Assembly: GCA_965206595.1 (NCBI GenBank)
Contig: OZ242214.1
Coordinates: 1,120,001 to 1,184,000, forward strand
Length of the DNA stretch: 64,000 bases
Origin: Candidatus Latescibacterota bacterium
Lineage (GTDB): Bacteria > Latescibacterota > UBA2968 > UBA8231
Direction of reading: 5' to 3'
Below, one piece after another: positions 52,261-64,000 of this stretch; the first letter of the stretch is position 1; each line of letters starts with the position of its first letter. Both the position numbers and the translations under genes were made by a program. The notes below the pieces were generated by a model. That model was given only the letters and a program-made list of their open reading frames with translations, was not told where the DNA came from and did not search any database.

Positions 52261-52738
52261 GGGGCACCCTTTCGTTGAGCGTGATGCAGCTAACGATAGG
52301 TCCGGGCCTGCAGCGGTTCCAACCTTACCGCACCCGGTATCGGCCTGCCCTTCTTCGCAGCATGGACTGGTGCGCCGTCCGGCCAATACCTTGGGACAGG
52401 TTCGGACGGGTGTTCCTGCCTGCGGTCTTGAAAACACAGTGCCGGATACATTGCTCCATCCCGGGCCATGCAGGCCGGGCGGGCGCCAAAGATTCGGTTC
52501 GGCAGGTTTCCGGGAGACCTACGCCGCGGCGACGAAGATCCGGGTCGCGGGCAGGGTCTCGGTCTTCGGGTCGCCGTCCTGGCAGGCGAGTCGAAACAGC
52601 AGTCGCCGCCGTGCCACGAGCTTCTGGCGCACGCGTCGGACCCTGGCTCGCTTTGCAGGCATGATTTCTGGCCGCAGAGTGGAAGAGGTGCGGGGTCGGG
52701 AAGGGGAAGGGTCGAGTGCTTGCAGGTGCCACGGGACC

Positions 52739-53908
52739 CTACTCGGCGAGCGAGGGGTTGGGCAGGATGGTCGCCTTGACGCACTCCATGGCCATGGCCT
52801 TCCGGGTCGCCTCCTGCACCCCCTCTTCGGTGAAGGGAAAGACCGTCTGCAGGCGCGACCAGGGGTATCGCTCCCGCGCCCGGTGCAGCATGTCGACGCC
52901 GAGCGGCAGGTCCCCCGCGGTGATCCCCCAGGAAGCGACGATGGTCACGTCCTTGGCGCAGATGCGGTGCCAGTTGGTCGCGATCGCCCCGGCGTCGGTG
53001 AACTGTCCCATCTCGACATAGGTGCCGCCGTCGCGGAGCATCTCGATACCCTCTGGGCCGGCCGATGGGTGGCCGGCGCAGTCGATCACGAGATCGGCGC
53101 CGAACCGGGCTCCAAAACCGGCGAGGAGGTTCCGCACCGCGTCGATGCGGGCCGCGGAAGTGGGATGGTCGTCGAGACAGATGGTCCCCGCCGCGGAGAA
53201 CTCCCGGCAGAGGGCGAGCCGCGGCTCTTCCGGGGCGCCAATGACGGCGATGGTCCCGGCCCCCATCTCGCGCGCCGCGGCCACCATCAGCACCGCGATC
53301 GGTCCGGCCCCCTGCACGACGACGGTATCGCCGTACTGGAAACCGCCCGTCGAGCGGGCGCGGCCGAGAGCGCGGATGCAGCAGGCGAGCGGCTCGGAGA
53401 GCGAGCCCTGCATGCAGGTCATGTCGTCGGGCAGGCGGTAGATCTTGGTCGCCGGGAACATGTCGAGGTCGACGTAGACCATCTCTGCCCAGCCGCCCCA
53501 CAGGTGCGGCGGCTGGGCGAACGGGATGTAGCGGCCGTAGTAGGTCGGGTTGAGGCACTTGTTGGCATGGGCGGGGTAGTGGCGGCAGTAGTGGCACTCG
53601 CCGCAGGGCATCAGCGGCGGGATCATGACCTTCGCTCCCACCTCGAGCGGCTTGCCCATGTAGTCGGCCTCGAGGCCGGGTCCCTTCTCGGCGATTACAC
53701 CGGCGACCTCGTGCCCGAGGGTGAACGGCCAGGGAAGCGGCTTCGGCCAGTGCCCCTTGAGAATGTGCAGATCGGTGCCGCAGACGCCGCAGGCCCCCAC
53801 CTCGATCAGGGCGGCCCGCTCCGGAACCCGGGGCCGTTCCACGGCCTGGATCCGCGGGCGCGCTCCGGGGCCGTCGAAGGTGGCGACCTTTACCGTGGTT
53901 GCAGCCAA
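52739..53908 (-). CDS. Zinc-dependent alcohol dehydrogenase family protein
   Basis: CGVCGTDLH, LGHE, CGECHYC...C structural Zn site, GAGPI. Confidence 0.9.
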   Translation of the reverse strand: MAATTVKVATFDGPGARPRIQAVERPRVPERAALIEVGACGVCGTDLHILKGHWPKPLPWPFTLGHEVAGVIAEKGPGLEADYMGKPLEVGAKVMIPPLMPCGECHYCRHYPAHANKCLNPTYYGRYIPFAQPPHLWGGWAEMVYVDLDMFPATKIYRLPDDMTCMQGSLSEPLACCIRALGRARSTGGFQYGDTVVVQGAGPIAVLMVAAAREMGAGTIAVIGAPEEPRLALCREFSAAGTICLDDHPTSAARIDAVRNLLAGFGARFGADLVIDCAGHPSAGPEGIEMLRDGGTYVEMGQFTDAGAIATNWHRICAKDVTIVASWGITAGDLPLGVDMLHRARERYPWSRLQTVFPFTEEGVQEATRKAMAMECVKATILPNPSLAE

Positions 53909-53955
53909 TGGATGGCAGCCTTCCAGACTGCGGCCAACTGATTCTCCGCGGCCTC

Positions 53956-55629
53956 TCAGCTTGCGGGAATCACCGGCAGCAGCACGTGCGACGGGTGGTC
54001 GGAGTCGTGGTAGACCGTCTGCCTTGCCCGGCGCATTTCGGTGTCCCTGCCGAGCTCGTTTCCGGTGTTAGGGTTGCGGTCGAAGCGCGGGAAGTTCGAC
54101 GACGAGATCTCCAGCCTGATCCGGTGCCCGGCGAGGAAGAGATTGCCGGTTGCAGCGACGTCGATTTCGTACCGGTAGATCCGGTTCGGCTCGAGCAGCG
54201 ACTCGCTCTCGAACCCCTCGTGAAAGCGGGCGCGGAGGATGCCGTCGCACAGGTTCATGGCGTAGCCGCCCGGGGAGACGTCGACGAGCTTCGCCGTCCA
54301 GTCGGTGTCGAGGCCGTCGGTGGCGGCGAACAGCACTACAATTATCGGCCCGGTCACCTCCATCGCTTCCATCAGCGGCGCGCTCGTGTAGCAGAGCACG
54401 TCGCCGCGCATCTCGACCGGGCGCTGGTCGTACGGTCCCCAGGGGACGATGTGGGGGGAGCAGCAGTTGTTGCCCCCGTTGGTCTGCACCGGGAGCTCGG
54501 GGTCGTACACGTAGCGGTCGGGAGGCTCGTTGCCGGGTTCCTGCGGCGCAAGCGAACCGTCCCCGAGGAGGGTGTTGGCGTTGCCTTGCGAATGGAGGTG
54601 CCATTTCTGCCAGACGGTGCGCGCCAGCGGCCACTCGTGTTCGTCGCGCCACTGGTTGCTCCCCATGATGAACAGGCGCAGGGGCGGCTCGTCGGAGATG
54701 CCGTTGTCGATCCCCTTGAGCCAGTAGTCGAACCAGCGCAGCTCCAGACCTTCGAGGTCGACCATCGAGTCGGCGCCGAAGTCGACGTCCCCGGTCCTCG
54801 TCGAGGTGCTCAGGCCGTGGGGCCAGGGACCGACGATCAGCTTGCTCTGCTTCGCCTCGTCTGTGGCGCCCTGCCGGCGCAGGCCGTTGAAGCAGACGAA
54901 GGTGTCGCGCGCGTAGAGATCGTACCAGCCCCCCATGTTGAAGGCGGGGGCGCGGATGTCGCCGAAGCGCTTCTCGACGTCGACCGCCTCCCAGTAGTCG
55001 TCGTAGCATGGATGGTCGACCCAGTCCTTCCAGAACTGGATGTTGCGGCCGGCGAGCTCGTCGATGTCGGCGAGCGGCAGGCCGCGGAAGGCTTCGGTCC
55101 AGTTGTGGTAGTCGATGTTCTGGGCGGTGCGGCCGTTGGTGCGCATGCCCCAGGTCATGCAGACGCCGAGCTGCAGGGCCCCGCCGGGGTGGACGAGGCC
55201 CTGGTAGAAGTCGGCGCAGATGACGCGCGGGGCCATGCAGGTGAGGTGGTCGCTGGCGTGCACGGCACTCTGCCACTGAACCAGGCCGAGGTAGGAGCCG
55301 CCGGACATGCCGATTTTACCGTTGCTCCATTCCTGCCTGCCGATCCATTCCTGGGTGTCGTACCCGTCTTCGCCGTCCGGGTGAAACGGGTAGTAGGTGC
55401 CGTCGGAGTCCCAGCGGCCGCGGCAGTCCTGGGCGACGCAGACGTAGCCCCTGTTGGCGAGGCTGCGGCCCTTGGCAATGACGCTGTTGTTGTCGTACGG
55501 GGTGCGGATCAGCACCGTGGGAAAGCGCCCGGAAGCCCGCGGCCGGTAGACGTCGGCAGAGAGGTCGACGCCGTCCCGCATCGGCACCTTGAGATCTAGT
55601 TGCAGGTCGACATCGTAGGTTTCAGCCAA
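53956..55629 (-). CDS. CocE/NonD family hydrolase
   Basis: VPMRDGV.LSADVYRP, RTPY, GGSYLG nucleophile, GGWYD, GPWPH, SSSNFPRFDRN. Confidence 0.93.
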   Translation of the reverse strand: MAETYDVDLQLDLKVPMRDGVDLSADVYRPRASGRFPTVLIRTPYDNNSVIAKGRSLANRGYVCVAQDCRGRWDSDGTYYPFHPDGEDGYDTQEWIGRQEWSNGKIGMSGGSYLGLVQWQSAVHASDHLTCMAPRVICADFYQGLVHPGGALQLGVCMTWGMRTNGRTAQNIDYHNWTEAFRGLPLADIDELAGRNIQFWKDWVDHPCYDDYWEAVDVEKRFGDIRAPAFNMGGWYDLYARDTFVCFNGLRRQGATDEAKQSKLIVGPWPHGLSTSTRTGDVDFGADSMVDLEGLELRWFDYWLKGIDNGISDEPPLRLFIMGSNQWRDEHEWPLARTVWQKWHLHSQGNANTLLGDGSLAPQEPGNEPPDRYVYDPELPVQTNGGNNCCSPHIVPWGPYDQRPVEMRGDVLCYTSAPLMEAMEVTGPIIVVLFAATDGLDTDWTAKLVDVSPGGYAMNLCDGILRARFHEGFESESLLEPNRIYRYEIDVAATGNLFLAGHRIRLEISSSNFPRFDRNPNTGNELGRDTEMRRARQTVYHDSDHPSHVLLPVIPAS

Positions 55630-55854
55630 GGCTCTGTCTCCGGGTAGGTTGGTAGCAGGGGCGGGCGACCTTAGCGATCTTTTTCACGGCTGTCAATCAG
55701 ATACACCCACCGCTTCCCGGCACAACTCCCGCTCCGCGGGCGGCCGGATCCGGCCCCTGGGCGAAGGTTCATTTTCGGCACGGCCTGCCGCCCGGAGCCC
55801 ATGATTCGGGCCGGCACCTGCGCCGGGCAGCACTTCCATCAACAGGTGAAGAAG

Positions 55855-56685
55855 ATGGACCCCTCCTGTCTCGAGCACTGCCTGACCGAAGAAGAGCGGC
55901 TCGCCTTCGAAAGGGACGGCTATTTCCAGGTCCCGGAGGTGGTGCCGATCGACCTCGTTGCCCGGCTGGAGGCGGCGACCGACCGCATCGAGCTGCCGTC
56001 CGACCCCCGGGAGTCGTACCTGCTACTCGACTTCATCGGCAGGGACGACGCCTTCCTCGAGCTCCTCGACTGGCCGCTGACCTTCCCCAAGGTGTGGGGG
56101 ATCCTCGGCTGGCACATCCAGCTCTACCACTCCCATGTCGTGGTGACGCCACCGCTTTCCGAGGAGAACCGCCGGCTCGAGAGGCGGCTCGGCTGGCACC
56201 AGGACACCGGAAGGCTGAACATCGAGCTCGACGGGAATCCGCGGCCCCGGGTGTCGCTCAAGGTCGCCTACTTCCTCACCGACACCTCGCAGCCGCACCG
56301 CGGCAACTTCACCGTCGTGCCGGGGAGCCACCTGCGCAACGAGCTCGAGCTGCCCGGGGACGGCTCCGACCCCCCCGGGGCTACCGAGATCCGCGCCAAA
56401 CCGGGGGACGCCGTCTTCTTCGACCGCCGGCTGTGGCACGCGGCCGGCCGCAACCGCTCCGACATCACGCGCAAGGTGCTGTTCTACGGGTACAGCTACC
56501 GCTGGCTCAAGCCGCGCGACAACATGACCGTCGCCCACTACATGGAGCGCAGCGATCCCGTCAGGCGGCAGCTGCTCGGCGTCGGGCCCACCGGAGGGAT
56601 GGGGTTCACCTCTCCGAAGGAGGAGGACGTGCCGTTGCGGGAGTGGATCCGCGAGCACCTGGGAGAGGAAGCGGTGGCCGAATAG
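55855..56685 (+). CDS. Phytanoyl-CoA dioxygenase (PhyH) family protein
   Basis: FERDGY, WHQD, GNFTVVPGSH, PGDAVFFDRRLWHAAGRN. Confidence 0.9.
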   Translation: MDPSCLEHCLTEEERLAFERDGYFQVPEVVPIDLVARLEAATDRIELPSDPRESYLLLDFIGRDDAFLELLDWPLTFPKVWGILGWHIQLYHSHVVVTPPLSEENRRLERRLGWHQDTGRLNIELDGNPRPRVSLKVAYFLTDTSQPHRGNFTVVPGSHLRNELELPGDGSDPPGATEIRAKPGDAVFFDRRLWHAAGRNRSDITRKVLFYGYSYRWLKPRDNMTVAHYMERSDPVRRQLLGVGPTGGMGFTSPKEEDVPLREWIREHLGEEAVAE

Positions 56686-56716
56686 TCGCGGAGTCCGTCT
56701 ACTGGGGATATCATCC

Positions 56717-56960
56717 ATTCCCAACCTGACAGACGAGGAGAAGGCCTGGCTTCAACCCTACCCTGCAGACGTTGGCAGCCCGGGACTGGTGTGCAGGAGA
56801 TTCGCATCATCGCCTCAAAGGCAGGCGGGGAAGCCATATCCGACCCGGATGTCGACATCATGGTGGTGATCGCCGGAGGAAGCTGGGAAGAGAAGGATGC
56901 GGTTGCATGCCTCCTGGTTGCGGGCAGAGCAGGCGCTCGAAGCTGCCCGTCTGTTGCACC
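56717..56960 (+). pseudogene. Degenerate minimal nucleotidyltransferase (MNT) gene
   Basis: LTDEEKAWL...PGLV in one frame continues in another as VQEIRIIASKAGGEAISDPDVDIMVVI (eroded GSxxRG...DxDxD); no clean start; ends approximate. Confidence 0.55.
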
Positions 56961-57104
56961 ACAACCAGCTGTAGCGGATGCGATCACGCCGTGCTGCATG
57001 CGTCTTGGCCAGGTTCAAATGCACGCTATGCTTCCTATCCATGGCCGTGATCATGAGCACGGACTTCCGCCATTTATTCAGAGGTAGAGGCTGATATTCG
57101 CCCG

Positions 57105-58946
<1,842 letters not shown>

Positions 58947-59018
58947 GGATATGAACGCCTGCGGAAGCAACTTCGGCCATGAATGGGTTATCCGCTCGCA
59001 CGGCCGCGGGGCTCCCCA

Positions 59019-59300
59019 TCATTTTCCGTTACCATCGGCTCGTGCCCTTGCCAGATCCTGACGGATGTCCCGGGCTACGCGGGGCTCGCGTCCGAGTTCC
59101 TGCTCCAGCGCTGTCGTGAGCGGCAGCAACAGCTTCGTGGAGGGGGATGCCTGGATGATCTCGCACATGCGTTTCTGCCCGAGATCAATGCTGAACTCCA
59201 TCAATGCGTCGAGGATTTCCTTCGGGAGGGAGTCAAGTTCTGGAAGGATTGCGAGAATCCATGGTGTCCGCTCGCACGAAGTCTGCCGGGGTCCGTCAAG
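59019..59300 (-). pseudogene. Orphan C-terminal gene fragment (helical, possibly from a TPR/ATPase protein)
   Basis: Protein-like tail ..EIIQASPSTKLLLPLTTALEQELGREPRVARDIRQDLA.. with a non-protein-like N-terminus and no RBS; origin uncertain. Confidence 0.35.
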
Positions 59301-59456
59301 GGGTGTCCGCGCCTTGATTCGCAACGGTCGCCCGAATCGGCTGCAAGGGCCGGCCATGGATCAGATATAGTCCTGGGGATCTTCTGTCAGGATATCTTCG
59401 CTCTACGGGGCAAAGTAGGACCTTCTGGTAGAGAAGGATCAGGCCCCTCAAATCAA

Positions 59457-60463
59457 CTACCCCATTCGGACTATCTCTCGAAGGAATCGCGCGAAGTTCC
59501 GCAAAGTACGGGTTTCTTCCGCGGAGAGTTCGTCTGGATCAAAGTGCATGACGTCGTTCCGTATGTTCCTTACAGCATCCAGTTGCTTTGCAAATTCGGT
59601 TCTTTCGATATTCAAGTCGAGCTTGCCCCAGTTCTCTCTGTTGCTCAGAAGTTGATGGTATCCCCCAAGTGTGAGATCGGCAGACCCTTCCACTTGGCGT
59701 CCTCCTTCAGAAGGATTTGAAGCAGCCCCATTTGCTCGACTGTGAACTTTCCGCGAATAAGCTGACGCAAGTGACCTTCGATCTCGCCGAGGAGCAAAAA
59801 TGGCCCGGCAAGACTCATGAATTGAGTGGAGAGGTCACTAGCTGTCACGATCCCAGTAATGATTCCGCTGGTGTCCTGCACCAACACGTATTCATGGGCC
59901 GCAATTCTCCCTATCGCATCAAATAGAGGGGTACTCTTCGGAATCAGCTCTGCTGGACCCATGCACTGTCGAACGTATTCGCACTGCCGCCCAAGAGATA
60001 AGTTGGCACCGATCGACTTCCAGCTAATCATGCCCTTCACCCGCTCGTTGGTCATCACGGGAAGCTGAGAATAGTCATGAAGCTGCATTATCGTGGTAGC
60101 AGCACTCATGGCTTGTTCTGGTTTGACACTCACTGGCTTCTTGTTCGCAGCGGGTAGAGTATCGATTTGGTGAATGGGACCGGCTGAATCTTCTAGGGAC
60201 TGGTCGTCTGTAACTTCGGAGTTGAGTCGAATGGAGATTCCTGAGTCTATGTATGCATACTCAAAATCTGGTTGGGTCCGAAGGTTCAACTTCTCCAGTG
60301 TGTTTCGAATATGGCCTACAATCCAGCTCCCTCGCTTGGCATAACCGAATTTCCCCAGAAACTCTCGCACCGTCAGCTTTTCGACCTTCGGGGCCGCACC
60401 TTTTTCGATGTCATCCTGCATTTGTTTTGCCGTTTTCTTCAGCCAGTCATGAGCGTCTTGCAT
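59457..60463 (-). CDS. CBS-pair + HEPN (RxxxxH) protein split by a one-base frameshift at 59726-59729
   Basis: AAGGAAAGG RBS; CBS pair (YSQLPVM..VKGMISW; YVLV..ITGIVTASDL); second frame continues AASNPSEGGRQVEGSADLTLG...VRNIRNDVMHF; span 1007 nt = 336 codons minus 1. Confidence 0.8.
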
Positions 60464-60506
60464 AGTGCCTTCCTTTCCTTGCTTGCCTCGCCTCTTCGGT
60501 CAATCC

Positions 60507-63500
60507 TCATCGGCCGTCCAAGATATCCTTCAACGTCTTGTCGGCTGGGGGCGGGTCTTCCTGCGCCGCGAACTCCGGTGGGACGAACAGCGCATTGCCC
60601 GGCGACCAGAGTTCCATGCTCTCGGCATGTTCCTCGAAATACCTGGGATCAGTGGTCACGCGCAGGCGGTCCGTCATGCCAGGGGCCAGCAGGCCGTATT
60701 CCCGATTTCTCATTGACTGAACATCGAAGCCGGGGGGCATGAGATCGGGGGATCCGATCACCCGGTCGAGGTCCTCCATGGTGACCGGTGACCGCGGTCG
60801 CTCCGGCACGGCGAGGTCTTCCTCGGTCACCGCATCGATATCGAAACCACCTCTCTCGGATTCACTCGCCTGCCGTTCAATCGCACCCACGACCCGGGCG
60901 CGCTCCGTCTCTTCACGCCCACGGCCCGACAGCACCGCATCGGATATGACGCCTGGGAGCTTCGCAAGAATCGGCTGCAAGCGCCCGACTACGTTCTCAA
61001 ACAGGCCGATACGGTTCCTGAGCGCCCGGTAAATGTCGGTTTCCACCGTGCCCTCGTAGTGCAGGTTGACGATCCGAATGGTGCCATGTTGCTGGCCGAG
61101 GCGGTCGATACGGCCGATGCGCTGTTCCACCCTCATGGGGTTCCAGGGCATGTCGTAATTGATCAGGGCGCCGCAGAACTGAAAATTCAGACCCTCGGCA
61201 GCGGCGTCGGTGCATAGCAGGACATCCGCCTCACCCTCAAGGAACCGGCGCTTGGCGTCGTCGCGGCTGATCCGGCGCCAGGTGCCGTCAGCATACGGTA
61301 CTTCCCCGCCGCGTCCCGAGAAGCACATCATCCTCGAATCCGTGTCCTTTCGGAGTTCCTCGCGCAGGAAATCCATGGTATCGGTGTACTGCGTGAAGAC
61401 CATTGCTTGGCCGTACCCGTCCTGGCGGAACTCATCAAGAACGCTCTTCAGGCTTTCGAGCTTGCTGTCGGGGGGCAATCTGCCGATGCGGTTGAGGAGA
61501 CTGCGGATGTCGGATTCCTCCTCTGCCGCAAGGGCCTCTCCTTCCACCATTGCCCACTCACCGACATCAAAGACTTCGTCAGTTGTTTCATCGTCCGGTA
61601 TGTCTTCGTCGAGGCTCGCCAACTGAGCTGGATCCCCCGCAGCAATGGCGTCGAGATGGTTTTGAAGCGTTCTGCTCAGGGCTCGGAAGCTGCTGGCGAG
61701 ACGGCGGCGATAGATGGTCATGACAAAGCCTACTGCGGTGCGCTCCCTGGCGCTGGCCTGGTTGTAGGTGCCGGCGATGTATTCCTCGACCGCGTCGTAG
61801 AGTTCCCGCTCTTCCGGGGTCATCTGGAGAAAGCGGTCCTCGACCCGGCGCTGGGCGATCGGCGTGTCCAACATGCCCGCCCTGAAATACCGCCGCAGCA
61901 ACTCGCGGGTATGTCGCGAGACCAGCCTGCGCAGCGGCGTACCGGCCCGCATGATCCTGATTGCCGCCCGCCGCTCCGTCGTTTCCAATTGGCGTCGCGG
62001 GATGCTGGCAGCGTCGCGCAGGGCACGGAGGATCTTGTTGACCTTCAGACGGGACATGTCGGCGAGGCGCTGCGCATCTTCCGTCTCGATCTTGCCGTAG
62101 ACCCGTTCGGCCGACTGAAACAATCGTGCCATGCGGTCTAACTCTTCTGGGGAGGGATTCTCCTGCTCGATGTCCTGGAAAAAGTCGAGAAACGCCCTGT
62201 CGTTCCATTCGGGTGGAAGGCCGAGAAGGTCCAACAGGTCCCAGACCTCAATGGGATGAACCTGCATTGGCGTGGCCGTCAGCAGAACCAGTCCTTCGGT
62301 GCGTTTTTTCAGACCCTGCATCAGCTGGAGAAGCGTGTTGGGCCCGCCTTCCCGCTGGCTGCCCGCGGCGCGCCGCCTGGCATGGTGGGCCTCGTCGAGT
62401 ATCACGAGGTCCCACGGTTCGGCTTGCTCCAAAAGGGCTGAGGAGCGATCCCGCCTGCGCATCAGTTGGCTTGAGGCAATCACCACAGGTTCCCGGTGCC
62501 AGTGATCGCGGCCGGCGTCGCGCTCGTTCCGTCCGCGCCAAGCCGGGGAAGGGTACCAGATCAGCTTGCCGCCGTCGTAGATCGGCCAGTTGAGGTTGAA
62601 CTTCTCGCGCAGCTCGATCTGCCACTGGTTCAGGACAGCCTTGGGCGCCAGGATCAGGATCCGTTTGATGCGCCCCGCAAGCCAAGCCTGGCGCAGCAGC
62701 AGGCCAGCCTGGATGGTCTTGCCGAGGCCAACTTCATCGGCGATCAGTAGTTTGGGCGGCCAATTTCGGTAGAGGCGTTCAAAGGCTCTCACCTGGTGAG
62801 GCCAGGGAGTGACCGCCGAGGTCGTTTCGCCTACATGCTCTCCCCCCTGTGGCAATGAGGGCGCATTCCGGATGAAGGACCAGACGCGGCTCCGCAGATC
62901 GAACTTCGGGCCTTGGGCGGGTGGTTCTGGTTCCCGGGCCGGAGGCTCCGGCTTTTCGGGCAGGGCCTTCATCAGCTTGTTTTCTAGCTTCTCCAGCCGG
63001 GCGGGCTTGTCGTTCGCCGGCATGAAGCGCATAAGGTCCCGGCGCGCGGCATCGGGAACGTCGAGGACGATCACCCGCTTCGCCTTGTTGGCCCAAATGC
63101 GGGCGAAGTTGGCCTCCTCATCCGCGACCCTCTGGGGTTCCGAACCCCAACTCGAAAAGACGCTGATGCTCTCCCAGTTATGGCGCCAGCCGGCGGCGGT
63201 CTCGTTGATGCTGCCGTTCCAGGCGATCTTGTCACCGCCCCGGTCTTCGATGATGCCGGCCTTCTCGTGAAAGATGCCGTCCGCCGGAATCGGCCTGGAA
63301 TCAGCATCGCAGGGAACAGCGACCTTCACATCGAGAAAGCCGCGCGCGACCATCCAGGCCAACAGTTCCAGGGCTTCGGAAGAGTCGGTGTCCGGCGGGG
63401 CAAGGGGGAGGCTCGTCAAACGCCGTTCGACGAGATCGCGTAACTGCTCCCCCTTTTCGATCGCCTCGATCTCGGGCGCATTCAGGGTGCAGCCGGCGAC

Positions 63501-63698
63501 GAGCCGCATACGACCCTCGTTTCTGACCAATCCTTCGATGCCGCGCGCAGCCAGTGAAAGAGCGCAGGCATTGAAGTATCCGGTCAGCCGGTCGTAGCGC
63601 TCGGCATCCTCAAGCGCGGGTACGTAGAACAGGGTGACGAGATCGCCGTTATCGGGGGTGTATTTGAGCTTCCATGTGCGATCACGGAGCATGCTCAC
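60507..63698 (-). CDS. PLD-like nuclease domain + SNF2-family helicase
   Basis: YDRLTGYF, FHEKAGIIED...GSINET (HxK/GSxN); ADEVGLGKT, LDEAHH, LTATP, EGLNFQ, WNPMRVEQRIGRIDRLGQ. Confidence 0.9.
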   Translation of the reverse strand: MSMLRDRTWKLKYTPDNGDLVTLFYVPALEDAERYDRLTGYFNACALSLAARGIEGLVRNEGRMRLVAGCTLNAPEIEAIEKGEQLRDLVERRLTSLPLAPPDTDSSEALELLAWMVARGFLDVKVAVPCDADSRPIPADGIFHEKAGIIEDRGGDKIAWNGSINETAAGWRHNWESISVFSSWGSEPQRVADEEANFARIWANKAKRVIVLDVPDAARRDLMRFMPANDKPARLEKLENKLMKALPEKPEPPAREPEPPAQGPKFDLRSRVWSFIRNAPSLPQGGEHVGETTSAVTPWPHQVRAFERLYRNWPPKLLIADEVGLGKTIQAGLLLRQAWLAGRIKRILILAPKAVLNQWQIELREKFNLNWPIYDGGKLIWYPSPAWRGRNERDAGRDHWHREPVVIASSQLMRRRDRSSALLEQAEPWDLVILDEAHHARRRAAGSQREGGPNTLLQLMQGLKKRTEGLVLLTATPMQVHPIEVWDLLDLLGLPPEWNDRAFLDFFQDIEQENPSPEELDRMARLFQSAERVYGKIETEDAQRLADMSRLKVNKILRALRDAASIPRRQLETTERRAAIRIMRAGTPLRRLVSRHTRELLRRYFRAGMLDTPIAQRRVEDRFLQMTPEERELYDAVEEYIAGTYNQASARERTAVGFVMTIYRRRLASSFRALSRTLQNHLDAIAAGDPAQLASLDEDIPDDETTDEVFDVGEWAMVEGEALAAEEESDIRSLLNRIGRLPPDSKLESLKSVLDEFRQDGYGQAMVFTQYTDTMDFLREELRKDTDSRMMCFSGRGGEVPYADGTWRRISRDDAKRRFLEGEADVLLCTDAAAEGLNFQFCGALINYDMPWNPMRVEQRIGRIDRLGQQHGTIRIVNLHYEGTVETDIYRALRNRIGLFENVVGRLQPILAKLPGVISDAVLSGRGREETERARVVGAIERQASESERGGFDIDAVTEEDLAVPERPRSPVTMEDLDRVIGSPDLMPPGFDVQSMRNREYGLLAPGMTDRLRVTTDPRYFEEHAESMELWSPGNALFVPPEFAAQEDPPPADKTLKDILDGR

Positions 63699-64000
63699 AC
63701 ATCGTCGTCCTGCCAGAGCCTGAGTTGCTCGGGCTCATCGATCTCGTCGCTGAAGGCAAGACGGGCCAGGTTGTAGAGGGCTTCAAAGTCGCTCCCCGAA
63801 CCCGCAACCTCCCCTTCGAGCTCGATGCCGGAAAAAGCTCTGGATACCGGTAGCACCTCGAGGACCGCCTCGAGGGCCGCGAAGAAGCGCGGATCCTGGT
63901 CCACCAGCGTTTCGGCGAGCATTTCCCTGGCCGCGTCGAGGGTTCGAGAACGGGCCATGTTGGCGGCATGGTGGATGGCGTCGATCATGCCCCGTGAACC
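63695..64000 (-). CDS. C-terminus of a gene running off the window, probably a DUF1156-type adenine methyltransferase
   Basis: Open frame to the window edge with GTGA overlap into the helicase; assignment rests on recalled resemblance of the tail and typical DUF1156-PLD/SNF2 gene order; no catalytic motif visible. Confidence 0.45.
   Translation of the reverse strand, partial: GSRGMIDAIHHAANMARSRTLDAAREMLAETLVDQDPRFFAALEAVLEVLPVSRAFSGIELEGEVAGSGSDFEALYNLARLAFSDEIDEPEQLRLWQDDDV

Noticed and set aside
52325-52460. RelE-like remnant (LRRRAGRYRV)
   Set aside because: Single short motif with no supporting sequence or antitoxin

Overview
A high-GC bacterial chromosomal window of about 50 genes. 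Gene content (DUF3098 after rplS, two PhyH dioxygenases, a TPR/FG-GAP/ASPIC-UnbV lipoprotein) hints at an FCB-superphylum organism such as Latescibacterota or Gemmatimonadota; this is inference only. Housekeeping genes include rimM-trmD-rplS, a purF-like gene, amtB-glnK, polA, ppk2, metG, a uvrA-like gene, tRNA-Gly(GCC), PBP1A, nfo, hemJ and recQ, mixed with many small-molecule catabolic enzymes. Four things stand out. (1) A SelW/Rdx selenoprotein (CxxU) with a SECIS-like hairpin at 4137-4364 is absent from the ORF track. (2) A 17-kb divergent locus (24.4-41.3 kb) couples two cytidylyltransferase + CDP-alcohol phosphotransferase pairs, a GT4, a sulfotransferase, a GINT1-like propeller and a flippase with a TolC / MlaC-DUF3047 / MlaC / MMPL export module, a candidate uncharacterised polar-lipid or glycolipid synthesis and export system. 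(3) The right end holds the edge of a defence-type island, where a probable DUF1156-type methylase and a PLD-SNF2 helicase are followed by a CBS-pair + HEPN (RxxxxH) gene hidden by a frameshift. (4) An unexplained multi-helix intergenic element lies at 14.7-14.9 kb. All family assignments come from motifs recognised by eye; no searches were run.
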